A stretch of DNA of 63,061 nt, filler included, from Hyphochytrium catenoides (Eukaryota; Protista; Hyphochytriomycota), in assembly GCA_900088475.1 (NCBI GenBank). It is 7 parts of 7 records of this genome, joined end to end, with 100 filler letters (N's around TTAATTAATTAA, not from the genome) between each part and the next. Parts side by side here need not be neighbours in the genome. Positions count along the whole stretch, not along the records: positions 1 to 28,075 come from FLMG01000319.1; 6 more parts are not named here. The stretch is one strand, 5' to 3'. The notes under the pieces were generated by a model, which saw only the letters and a list, made by a program, of their open reading frames with translations, had not been told where the DNA came from and did no database searches. This document shows, in pieces, positions 11,389 to 21,626 of the stretch (its first letter is position 1; the number at the start of each line of letters is the position of its first letter). The position numbers and the translations under genes are program-made.

Positions 11389-12578
11389 ATGGCATCTTCA
11401 CAAGCAGCTGCAGTCACGACAAGTTCGCAACGGTCAGACAGAGCACTCGCCTTCCATCGCAAGGTCCTCCAGTTACCAGCGCTTCTTGATTACGCAATAT
11501 CTTACACACTCTCTTTTGTCATGCCATCTTCGTCTTACAGGAAGCAAAGATTTTATTTCATTCGACCTAAGGTAAGATCATCGTGGCTTCTTCAGCCTCC
11601 CACAGCTGTCGCTTCTGACGGTGCCGTTACTCGAGGAATGGAGAGGGTTCTCTCATTGATGGCGAAGACCTGCAAAGCTTCCAGAGTTCTCCCCAACAAC
11701 AATGACGGAACGGGGAAAGCACAAAGTGTCCTTTTCACGCTAAATTGGGCCAAGATAGTTGAGCTTTCTACTATTGTCATGCTACTGTCATGCGTACTGG
11801 AGCTTGGGATCGCAACTTACATTCTTCTATCATTCGCTCCAGTTATTTCTGCCTCGGCTACATCTAATGAGGCGACGCCGCTACTGACTTTCCTGACTGG
11901 GCTTATGGCTTTATGGGGTCCAGTAATGCTGTCTGCGGGCCTGGTATTGCTGTGCACCGCAGATAGATTTCTCATGAGGCGCCTTCTTCAGTCCTTCGAA
12001 GTCTGGTTTTGCCGCCTACTATGTACTTTTCAGCTGCTCTTTTGCAGTAGTGGAGGAGTTTATTACCACTGGGATTGGATCAGGTGCGAGATCTTATGCC
12101 TGTTTTACTCGTCCAACTTTGCGTGAGTTCAAAATGTTGTTGGAGCATCCGTCTAAACCTTGGCTTTCCCATAGGCTATCACCATTTACAGTATGCGGGT
12201 CATCGGTTTTGGTATTCTTCCTGGTTGAAGACAGTGTGCTCCTCATACAACCTATTGCTCGACGGGACAAGTGGATATTCTATACGCAGCTAGCTCTCTT
12301 TTGTCTTTGACTTGCCTTGGCGTCTTTTCTGACATTTATTCCACCGCCCCAGTTGTCAAGGGATGCAAACATGGAACCTGGGGCAACGGTAAACAGGAGC
12401 GTCGTGGTGGCCCTTGTTCTAGCTCGTTCCCTCTGAGCCTACGCTGGACGCCCTTGCTTCTCTCAGCCTCTATTGCTTTCGAAGTCTACTCACAGTATAT
12501 ACATTTCCCGATAGGCTGGTGACATTAAGATCTGAGGTTGGCTATACCGTCGTCGATCGAGAGATCAACGAGCACTGA
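11389..12578 (+). pseudogene. Frameshifted multi-TM protein gene (oomycete-type expanded TM family)
   Basis: 245-aa ORF with DRFLMRRLLQSFEVWF, further hydrophobic fragments, and a terminal frame LSLYCFRSLLTVYTFPDRLVTLRSEVGY...EH* (TGA 12576-12578) resembling the C-terminus of 9126-9668. Confidence 0.55.
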
Positions 12579-12665
12579 TTACACTTTCATCTAATTGTGC
12601 CCCAAAATTTTGAAGCTGTAGCTTATTGAGCCTTACTCAGCCACCTCGGTGCATCACTAGGGTTG

Positions 12666-12755
12666 GCAGTGGCACTTCCATAATGATAGAGACACTCATA
12701 GCAGTGGCACTTCCATCGAGACACCCGTGGCACTTCCATAGAGACACTGGTAGCA
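12666..12755. repeat. Three-copy minisatellite GTGGCACTTCCAT..GAGACAC
   Basis: Copies start near 12669, 12704 and 12727, with 26-35 bp spacing. Confidence 0.8.
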
Positions 12756-14004
12756 GTAGGTATCCTGATGAGAAGCAGACACGCAGCAGGCATCATGGAT
12801 GGCGATTGACGTCGAGAGAGTCAACAAAGAAGGTGCACTGTTGTTATGTTACTTGAGAGTCAACAACAAGAACAAGAGCGAGGACGTGATGGCGAAGAAA
12901 GAGAAGAAGAGGAAGAGCAATCGCCAAGAACCAGCAGTTGTGAGTGATTGACGAGTTGTGCAGATCTGTTATCTGACGGACTGGAGTACCCAAAAACAGG
13001 GAAAAGACTGGGAAAGTCAGGGATCGGTGGCCCACAGTTTTGAAAGGTCAGAACCATGTTCTGATTGGTGAACAGAGTCCTCAATAAACTGACTCTAGGG
13101 GTAACGGTGACCCCATGGTAGTGGGGGTGTTCCCATACATTATGTACTGAGCTAAGGAATAACAGCACTTGGGTAGCCGGGGATGTTCACTACCGAAAAG
13201 TAGAAAGCGTCGACATTTCCTTTCACCAGCGGAAGGGCCCGTCAACCTTTTGGGTCTGCAAGGCGGTTAAGGATCGGTCAATAACCCCTTCGTCTTTACC
13301 TATTATTTGACCTAAGGCGGGGTATCTATAGGTAATAGAGAGCCGGTAGGACTTCCCACCAAGCGCAGAAATAACCGGGGCAGAAGGTGCTGAGAGCTGC
13401 GAGTCAATGGCAGGAGACAGAGATTCTGGAGAAATATAGAGACAGACGGGCGAAGAGGAAGGAAGCAGACGAAGAAGAGAGAAGAAGGCAAGGAGGCCAA
13501 AAGAAGTGTGATAGCATGCGCTGGTGGTGAGAGGATAGTGTAGAACTAATCAGAGCAGACTAGTGCGTGTAGAGTGTAGACTCACCTGACGGCTTAGGCT
13601 CCTAGGCAAGCAAGAGGCAGAAGGAGAAGCGAGAGGGAAGACATGCAAGGCGTTATGTAATATAAGAAAGAGTAGTCAAGACAGAGAGACCCTGCTCTCG
13701 TGACCGCGCTGATTGAACGCCTTCTTCCCTTACCGACTACCGCCTCTGGACGTAGCCACAGACGATACTTCTACCTAGAAGACTTCCCTGATCGTCATCA
13801 ACCATTAGCGGAGCGAGAGGGCGAAGCTGACACTTGCCCAAGCCGCCGGCAAGCCTGCCTTTGTCCTCTCATCTCAAACTTCTGTAAACCTCCGGGCGAG
13901 GACCAATACATCTCAGAGGAAGTGCGAGGGCCGAGACGGTAGAAGGAAGAAGTGAAGCTTCGTCAAAGGCTTGGCGCGAATCAGCTAAGGACAAACTCGC
14001 AATA

Positions 14005-16677
14005 ATGGCACCGTCACAAGTCAGTGCACGGTCGCAACGGTTCATTGAGATGTTCAATGAAGCATCAGCAGAACATAGAAGGCGAAAGCAGCAAGGCGTT
14101 GGGACTAAGGATGTTTCAAGTGATGCTGGAGACATTTTTTCTCTTCTCACGCCCATCATTGAGCCCACACTCAAGCCCATGCTCGAGCTTCTACCGCCTC
14201 TTAAGGCGGTTCTGCGGGCCTTCGTTGAGCAGCGAGATATCATGAATGACGAGCTTGTGCGGCTCTTCTGGGAGGATGTTACGTATCCTTTGCTGGCGGT
14301 TGCTATGCTGCCGCGAAACAGGCCCAAGGCAGCCATTCAATGGGGAGATAGGAAGACCAAGCTCCGCGAGTGTCCAAAAGAAAAAGGGGCTATGCTGCTT
14401 TACGCCCGACATGTCGATGCGAAGACAGGAAATACGAGGGATGTGGAGCTCAAGTTCCGTCTCAACGGGTTTCTCTCCCCTGATGCAATAGGCGCCTTCT
14501 TTGCTGCTACGCTGAGGTTCCTCAGTGACGGCCACCCATCAGAGCACGTGCGAGACGCACTGCGAAAGAGAATGCCAAAAGCTGTGCGCTTCTTTGAAAA
14601 GTTTCTGAAGTTCCACGACCTAACATTGTACCAAGAAGAGAGAGAGAAGGCAGAAAGTGAGAGAAGAAAGCTATTCTACCGGCCCAAGTCATCCAAGAAC
14701 AAAGGTAAACGCCCAACCGACTGCAGGCACATCTGCATTCGCATCCCGTTTGACATGAAGAGCATGAAGAGGAACTATGGCGAAGTAGCTGCCGTACTTG
14801 GGCTCTTAAACTTCCTGAAGTTGAAAGTAATGGATGCTACAGAGAGGAAGAGAGCAGGTAAGCTCTTCTTCCATCATAATACCCTGGAGCTGCACGCCAT
14901 TGTACACGGCGATAGGCTGGTCTGGTATACAGACAAGGGAGAGCCTATACAGATCAATGGAGAATATCACTATGTAGACTTCGGAGAGAAGGGGATCTTC
15001 CACTTACTGGCGGACTTCAAGCTGAGATTGGTTCAGTATAGAATGCCGCTTGTTCGCTTTGAGCTCCGCTACGACACAGTGAAGCACGATCTAGGGACGA
15101 ACCTGAAGGTGGAGTTGGCGGTGTTGGAGCTGAAGGCTGCTGCCCTAGATGGGATAGCTGAGATTGGAGGTCTGCCGATTAAGAAGATCAAGGCACTGTT
15201 GGAGGATACGTTCAAGCTAACTCTGTCCCTGACCAATGATATGTTGAAGAAGAATCGCTCGAGCAATTTAGGCTCGGCCATGTCTTCTTCTGGAAGACGC
15301 AGCAGAGGTGTTTCGACCTCCTCTTCCACTGTTTTGTCTGTGCAAAATGTGGCCAGTCACAACTCCGCAAGCTCGCGCGATTCCTCATCTTCGTCAGGGG
15401 AAGACTCAACAACAGGTTATTCCTTGTACTCTGGCCTCTCTGGCATCTCGAACATCTCCAAACACACTTTAATGTCGTCACACACGCTTTTCCAAGACGG
15501 AGGGGAAGGTGAGAAAGACCTGTGGCTCTTGAGCGTAGATATGGACTTCGAGTTTGTCTCTAAAATGTCAGGGATTGCCAAGGCAGTCAGTAAGACAGTC
15601 ATGTCCAAGGTAGTTCACGACGCCTTTAGCATCTTGCACGACTGGGTGGACGCCACTATAGTGGACTATGGTAAGATGGAGGAAGAGCTGGTTCTTATGC
15701 CTGCTGCCTTTGATAAGGCAGTAGATTCTGTCAAAAGAGAGCAGGAGAGGAACGCTCAGCAACAGAGAATGGAAAAGCTGAAGGCAATCCTGCTGAGTGT
15801 GATCGGGGAGCTGAGGACAAACAAAAAGTACCGCCTGAAGCTGGCTCTCTTCTTTGGTGTCTTCGTTATCTCTATACTCATTGCTTCCATAGTGAGGTAC
15901 GCGGCCGTGGGCCTCTTCTTCTACATCCTCTTCGGTGGTCTCTCCTTTTGGGCGATGACAGTCGTCCAGAGCAAGGTTGAAGAAGGAGAGCTGGACCTCA
16001 AGGCCCTACTCTTGCCTCTAGAGGGGGCGCCAGAGGAAGACGAACGCAAGAATAAATTGTCGAGCATCTCCGAAGAAGAGCAGGACAAGGAGATTCATGA
16101 CGATCAGGAGGAGGATGAATTAATGGACGATGATGAACTAGAGGATTCAGAAGTAGAAGAGGAGGAGCCAGAGGATGAAGTCCCTCCTCGCTCTGGGGAC
16201 CTAGGAGAGAAGAAGCCTAGCTATCACTTTGGCCTGGATCCTCCAAGGCTCAAGGAAGTTAGTGAAGCGGCTGAGATTCCAAACCCTCTTGCTTTGTCCC
16301 CTGAGGTCCTGGCTGACCTTCTTTCCCTTGCACAAGAGCCAGAGGAGGCCCGCCCACCTCCTTTGTCTTCTTCTTTGGAGAGAAAGGTTTCTCTTGCGCG
16401 TGAATCGTCTGATGGATTTGAAAGGGAGTGCCTCTCGAGCGAGTATCTGGCCTCAAAAGCTCAACCCCGTTCCTGTGCTATGGAAGAGAGAGAGATGAGG
16501 AGCGAGGGCCATCTGGAGTACTTCAGCCATAAGTTTGAGGCACAAAAGGAAGAAGAGATACATCCTGGAGCCGAGGGCCTTTACGGAACCCCTCCTGGTC
16601 CGCCTCCGCGAATTCGTTCAGCGCCACTGCCTATGATTCGACATGATGACCTGTGGACCAGTCTTCCTTCGCAATGA
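14005..16677 (+). CDS. 890-aa intronless protein of unknown function: globular N-terminal region, Ser-rich insert, TM hairpin, acidic disordered tail
   Basis: 2.67-kb open frame; hydrophobic LALFFGVFVISILIASIVRYAAVGLFFYILFGGLSFWAM; D/E-rich C-terminus. Confidence 0.85.
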   Translation: MAPSQVSARSQRFIEMFNEASAEHRRRKQQGVGTKDVSSDAGDIFSLLTPIIEPTLKPMLELLPPLKAVLRAFVEQRDIMNDELVRLFWEDVTYPLLAVAMLPRNRPKAAIQWGDRKTKLRECPKEKGAMLLYARHVDAKTGNTRDVELKFRLNGFLSPDAIGAFFAATLRFLSDGHPSEHVRDALRKRMPKAVRFFEKFLKFHDLTLYQEEREKAESERRKLFYRPKSSKNKGKRPTDCRHICIRIPFDMKSMKRNYGEVAAVLGLLNFLKLKVMDATERKRAGKLFFHHNTLELHAIVHGDRLVWYTDKGEPIQINGEYHYVDFGEKGIFHLLADFKLRLVQYRMPLVRFELRYDTVKHDLGTNLKVELAVLELKAAALDGIAEIGGLPIKKIKALLEDTFKLTLSLTNDMLKKNRSSNLGSAMSSSGRRSRGVSTSSSTVLSVQNVASHNSASSRDSSSSSGEDSTTGYSLYSGLSGISNISKHTLMSSHTLFQDGGEGEKDLWLLSVDMDFEFVSKMSGIAKAVSKTVMSKVVHDAFSILHDWVDATIVDYGKMEEELVLMPAAFDKAVDSVKREQERNAQQQRMEKLKAILLSVIGELRTNKKYRLKLALFFGVFVISILIASIVRYAAVGLFFYILFGGLSFWAMTVVQSKVEEGELDLKALLLPLEGAPEEDERKNKLSSISEEEQDKEIHDDQEEDELMDDDELEDSEVEEEEPEDEVPPRSGDLGEKKPSYHFGLDPPRLKEVSEAAEIPNPLALSPEVLADLLSLAQEPEEARPPPLSSSLERKVSLARESSDGFERECLSSEYLASKAQPRSCAMEEREMRSEGHLEYFSHKFEAQKEEEIHPGAEGLYGTPPGPPPRIRSAPLPMIRHDDLWTSLPSQ

Positions 16678-17088
16678 CAGTGAAGAGAGATGTCGACTTG
16701 GTGCAGCCTTTACCTGCTTGCTCATATGTCCTTCCTTGCGTCTATGCTCGGAGCTTCTGTCATCATCATGTGGTGAAGGAAGCAGATATTTATTTATGCC
16801 TTTTCTACCTCCCAGCAAATCTACGGAGCTTTTGCGAAAGGAGGATATGGCGAGTCGTGTAGGGTAGTGATAGCTAGTTGCAGAGAGTAAGAGTAATAGT
16901 GATAGGAGATAGGGTAAATAGTAAAGCTGATAGCACCAGAGACCCTGATAAGGATACGTAAGTAGGTAGATTGAGAAAGCATATAGGGTAAGAAGAGAAG
17001 GGACGCAGTATAATAGGCAAAGCAGTTTGGCTAAGGGACCCTGGACATGATACTTCCAGGGCTATTATTTAGTTAGGAGCAGAATAAA

Positions 17089-19115
17089 TTAGATTCTTTT
17101 GGAAAGGGAAGAGCCTGCGAAAGGGATGTGCAGCCTGCTCCCCGCTTTCTTGGGTGACCTGAGGGCAGTTGTGGGCAGGAGCTGGGCGGGAGACTTGTAC
17201 GGTGGAGGCAGCACCTATATTTGAATGTGGAGGCAAAAGAGAGGAGGACTTATCAACGCTGGCAAGGCGTTCCCCCTATCACCTCCCACCAACTTTACGA
17301 ACAGTTGTTCCTCTTTCCTCTTACCTGCCAGTTAAAGTAGCTGGATATGCCCACGAAAGCGTGCCAACAGCCATGAAAGAACCTAGAACCATGGTCACCG
17401 ATGAATGGAAAGCGTTCAGTGAGCGAGCACCACTACCTTCTATGTTGGGATTGGACAGATTGGGTTGACACCAATCGCGAAGGACAAAAGTTCTCCCTTT
17501 GTGATGCTTGCCAGGGGAACACCTCTAAACTCTATGACGTTAGGCCTGCCCGTACCTGAATGGGTCATTATCGTCGTCAAGGCCCCTAATAAAGCAAAGA
17601 ACGGCAACGACCTAGCACCATCATAGGATCGTTAGAGCGCCCTGTTTTGATAATCTCATTCAAAACTTGAGGTTGAAGGCGGTGACATAGAGGAAACAGT
17701 GGACGGCAAGTGGCGCGGAGTATTACGGAAGGCAAGTGTACGTGGGTTACAGAAAGGCACTGACCAATATCATCAATCCTCTCTTCAACTGCTTCACATC
17801 GTACTTGGGCGGCTGGCGATCGAACAGTCGGGTCTTTAAAATCATCATCACTAAAACTGAGGCGATAGGGGTGAAGGTATACCTAAGCACGGGAGCCACA
17901 CGATCAGAGGTCAAAGAGCACAGATGGTAGAGTGAGCTAGATCAAAAGGAAGAGCAGGATTCATAGGCACAAAAGTGATGACGCTTTAAGAAGGAAAGTC
18001 AAAGGAAAGGCATCTGGGTATTTGAGCGAAAGGTTAACCTGAGATGGAAGCTGAAAAGAAGGACAACGGGAGCACACTCAAGTTTCTGGCTCTGCAAGGT
18101 GACGTTGGAGGTATTTAAGGGACTAGCATAAGTCATCACCCACATCTCGTTCCATGGGTCCTTGATCTGCAATATAACAGCGATGCCGAAGCTGGCGTAG
18201 TATCCATAGAGCCTCAGGCTCTCTGTCTGAATGTCCATAAGATAAATGGCCCAGGTCATGAAGGAGGCGATCGATCCCATGTTGTCCAGCACATGCCACT
18301 GACCCTAAAGAACAGTAGATGTGAGCAAAGTGGAGAGAGGAAGGGGGATTAAACAAGACTTACGCTCAGGGAGACAGAGGCGGTTCGTAGAAGAAAAGAA
18401 CGGTATGAGTGACGAGAGAGTAAAAAAGAGACAGCGGGTAAAAGGGACTGGACGATAGGAGAGATACCAATCACTAAGACCTAAACATAGACAAGGACGG
18501 CAAAACAGGAAGAACAACAGATGCAAGCAGGAAGAGAGACCCCTGTAAGAGAAGCCGTATGATTGCAGGGCGACCCCCAAGTAGATAAAGCCTTAAGAAG
18601 GAGAGATTACCTCTGTAAGCCAGATAGGCCTGTCTATACTGTCTGCGCAGTGGTAGAGGAAGCTAGTGACCATGGTGAAGAAGCCAATAAAGGCCTGAAG
18701 TAGAAGAGGCCAGAGTTATTGTCGGGCCGACAAAGATTCTTTCTCTCTCCTTTTGCAATCCCTTACTCATCCACAAATCTTCCTCTCTCTTACCTTCCTC
18801 AACTTTCTCTCTCTCTCTCTCTCCATCCTCCCATTCGCTCTCACTGTTCCTCTTAACCTAACATCTCACTTGTGCTCTCTTCAGGCACACAGGCTGACCC
18901 CTTTCCTCAGCCAAAGTCCTACAATGCCAACCAGTCTTTTCTTCAATTCTCAGCCCCATAAGTTCTCGCTTGAAAGGATCAGATACTGTCGCCTCTCACA
19001 GCTGTACCTCAAAGGGCCTATTTTGTCTAACAAGAAGTAGAATGGTCGGGAAGAAGGCAAAGTTTGTGATGCCTGAGACCACAAGCATCATTGTTGACTC
19101 GAACGGCTCCCTCAT
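17089..19115 (-). CDS. TMEM8/PGAP6/Myomaker-family (DUF3522, CREST superfamily) 7-TM protein, about 236 aa, 7 exons
   Basis: Hand-spliced GT-AG exons 19115-19008, 18694-18611, 18304-18144, 17882-17765, 17611-17556, 17382-17325 and 17214-17089 keep frame. Product: MREPFES...ITNFAFFP...FTMVTSFLYHCADS...WHVLDNMGS...GLDDDNDPFRFFHGCWHAF. It contains the CREST SxxxH, D and HxxxH motifs. Confidence 0.88.
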
Positions 19116-20261
19116 GTTGAATAAGAAGAGGAGAAGCGAGAGAGGCCAAAAAAGAAAGNNGAGAGAGAGAGAGAGAGAGAGAGAGAACAAATGACAGGGG
19201 CAGCCGAACGCTGCTGTCCCTGGACTACTCTTGTCCTGTCTTGCCAGGTCTATCAGAGATGGCCGGGTCTCCCGTTAGACTGGAGATGTGGCATTGTACA
19301 GTTGTACCTAGGTCCAGCGATAGGGGGTGAGGGATGCGCTGGATGGCCTGAACGAAGTTATCCCGATTGCTTTGTAAACATTCCAGCGCTTATCAAGCTC
19401 AGCAGCTCATCAGCCTCAGGCCTGAGCTTCAGCTCAGCTCCTTCATCATCTCAACAGATGAAGATCAGAATGACAAGCCTCGCAAAATCAATAAATTTGC
19501 CTCTAGAGACGACAGGCAGTGAGAAAGAGTGAAGGAGATACAGTCGCTTAAGCGAGAGAGATATTGACGAGCTCGGAAGAGAAAGGAAGAGTTCCTGTAG
19601 TACTGTCTGGTAACCCATTATTTGAGCAGAGATACAAATAGAGAAGAGGAGAGAGATAGAGGAGATAGCGGGGACAGACAGAGAGTGAAAGAGAAGACTT
19701 GAGATAAGTGTAGGAGGACAAGCGCTAGCCAGTACCGGCTTTCTTGGGCGTTATCTTCCGTCCAACTCTGGCCTTCGAATCTGCGACGCCGCGCGAGCTG
19801 TCAGGATCGCCGCCCTCTTCCGTCGCCTCAGAAGATGTTGACAGGTTAGAAGAAGGTTGGGCGACCATTGCGATGCGCTGGGCTTGTTTATCGAGACCTT
19901 TGTCCTCGCGATAGAATGAGAGAGCTACTATCAAGTCCTCAATGTGTCAGCCATGTAGCTGCTTTTTATCATAAGGCTGAGAGTAAGATCGACCTGGTGC
20001 GCAAGCGCAGCGGTGATGACAAGTGAGGAAGAAGCTAAGCTATATATCTAACAATGCTAACGTATTTGCCTTTACATATGGGTCCGTGCCACCGCTTCCC
20101 CAGTGCTTCACCTTGGAAGTATGTACCTTTGCTATTTTGTCTCTCTATACAATCCTCTGTCAGCTCTTCAAAGCATCCCATAGGACTTGTCTCTTACGCC
20201 AGTGGCAGCTAGCTGCCTTCTTTCTGCCTATTGACATTGGTACCGCTTAGAGAGCGCGTCG

Positions 20262-21626
20262 CTAAGGCCGAGACTGATGGGTTGGGTTGCTCTCATGAGG
20301 GCTTGGCGAGGAAGGCGAGGGAAGGATATGCTCCCCAGCAATCTCTCTCGCGTTATGAAAGGCACACATTCGGTTTTTCCTCTCTCCAGCCTTACAGCCG
20401 GCCACCTGACAGATGCCGCCACCGTGTCTTATACAGAAGCCTCCTCTCTTTGCACTCTTGTGACAGCTCTCATGCTGACAGCGGATGCCCCCACCGTGCC
20501 GTTTGCAAAGACCCTTGGTCTTTACCAAGCTCTTACATCCAGCGATTCTGCAATTCTTCCTTGGTGCTTGAAGATAAGCGCTACCATCCGCGGTATCAAA
20601 GACGGGAGAGGTCGGCATCATCATTAGAGGCGGTCCTCTGCCTCTAACTCCTGCCGCCTTGGAGAATAGAACGTGCCGTTGCTCGGCCCTTTCCTTAAGA
20701 GTGGCTTCGGTCACCTGTTCAATACCTATGGGCTTGCAGGTACTCAGCCCTGTCACATGAGCCGACGTGTCTGAGATCAATGGGGCCATTTGCCCGTTAG
20801 ATAGCTCCTTTAGCGGGCTCGGTATCACCTCCATCCAATAAGGAGAAGTGTCGGAAGTAGAGCCCGGATAAGATAGAGAACATGGCAGTGTGAGCTGAGC
20901 GCCGGTTGTCCAAGAGAGAGCGTGTTCAGCACAAAGGTCTCCAAAAACAGCATAGCGGTAGCAAGCTTGAACCATGCAAGGGATGGTTCTAGAGATTCCA
21001 CCTTGTCCTTTATCCTTGTTTACCTCTTGGATCTTCTGCCTTGTTGACGTTATCCTCTCCTCTGGAGCTTCTCTCTCCCGCATATCTAAGAATTTGTGAT
21101 CCCACACCCGTCTGTGAGTGCTAGGAGGAGAAGATGGAGGACTCCAAGAAACGAGCGTCTCCCTGATGGCTTGGGGGAGAGGGCTGTGCGCTCTTAGCAT
21201 CTCTTCCCTTCTAGTGAACTGCAAGGCCTCAAGGGCGTCCGTTCTCAACTGTGAAAGCGTTGAGCTCGAAGACAAGTGCAATCTGCGGGCTTTTCCTTGC
21301 ACATTACGAACAAGCAGATCTTCTTCTGTACCTCGAAAGGCATGACTGATGATATCTGGCCGCCTTAAGGCCGAGGAAAGTGCCTCTTTCTTTGACAGCC
21401 GTTCTGATAGATTTGAAAGCCTGGATGTTTGGGATCTAGAGATTGGGATGAGTGATCCGCCGGGTTCTGTGTCTTCCAATGTTGTCTCCGCCCACCCGGT
21501 AACAACAGGAGGAAGGTGCCCGGCAGATGCAGAAGGAGTGCTGGTAGGTGAATGCGTTCCAGCTACTTTTGTTTGGCTCACGCAAGAAACAGTTCCTGGC
21601 GGGAGGAGCGGCGCCACCATGGCCAT
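20262..21626 (-). CDS. WRKY19-like zinc-finger (Cx4C...CxxHGG repeat) protein
   Basis: Three repeats: CRIAGCKSLVKTKGLCKRHGGG, CQHESCHKSAKRGGFCIRHGGG, CQVAGCKAGERKNRMCAFH. No WRKYGQK motif is present. Confidence 0.85.
   Translation of the reverse strand: MAMVAPLLPPGTVSCVSQTKVAGTHSPTSTPSASAGHLPPVVTGWAETTLEDTEPGGSLIPISRSQTSRLSNLSERLSKKEALSSALRRPDIISHAFRGTEEDLLVRNVQGKARRLHLSSSSTLSQLRTDALEALQFTRREEMLRAHSPLPQAIRETLVSWSPPSSPPSTHRRVWDHKFLDMREREAPEERITSTRQKIQEVNKDKGQGGISRTIPCMVQACYRYAVFGDLCAEHALSWTTGAQLTLPCSLSYPGSTSDTSPYWMEVIPSPLKELSNGQMAPLISDTSAHVTGLSTCKPIGIEQVTEATLKERAEQRHVLFSKAAGVRGRGPPLMMMPTSPVFDTADGSAYLQAPRKNCRIAGCKSLVKTKGLCKRHGGGIRCQHESCHKSAKRGGFCIRHGGGICQVAGCKAGERKNRMCAFHNAREIAGEHILPSPSSPSPHESNPTHQSRP

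Noticed and set aside
12666-12755. CRISPR-like repeat array
   Set aside because: Only three copies, with short related spacers, no cas genes and a eukaryotic context.
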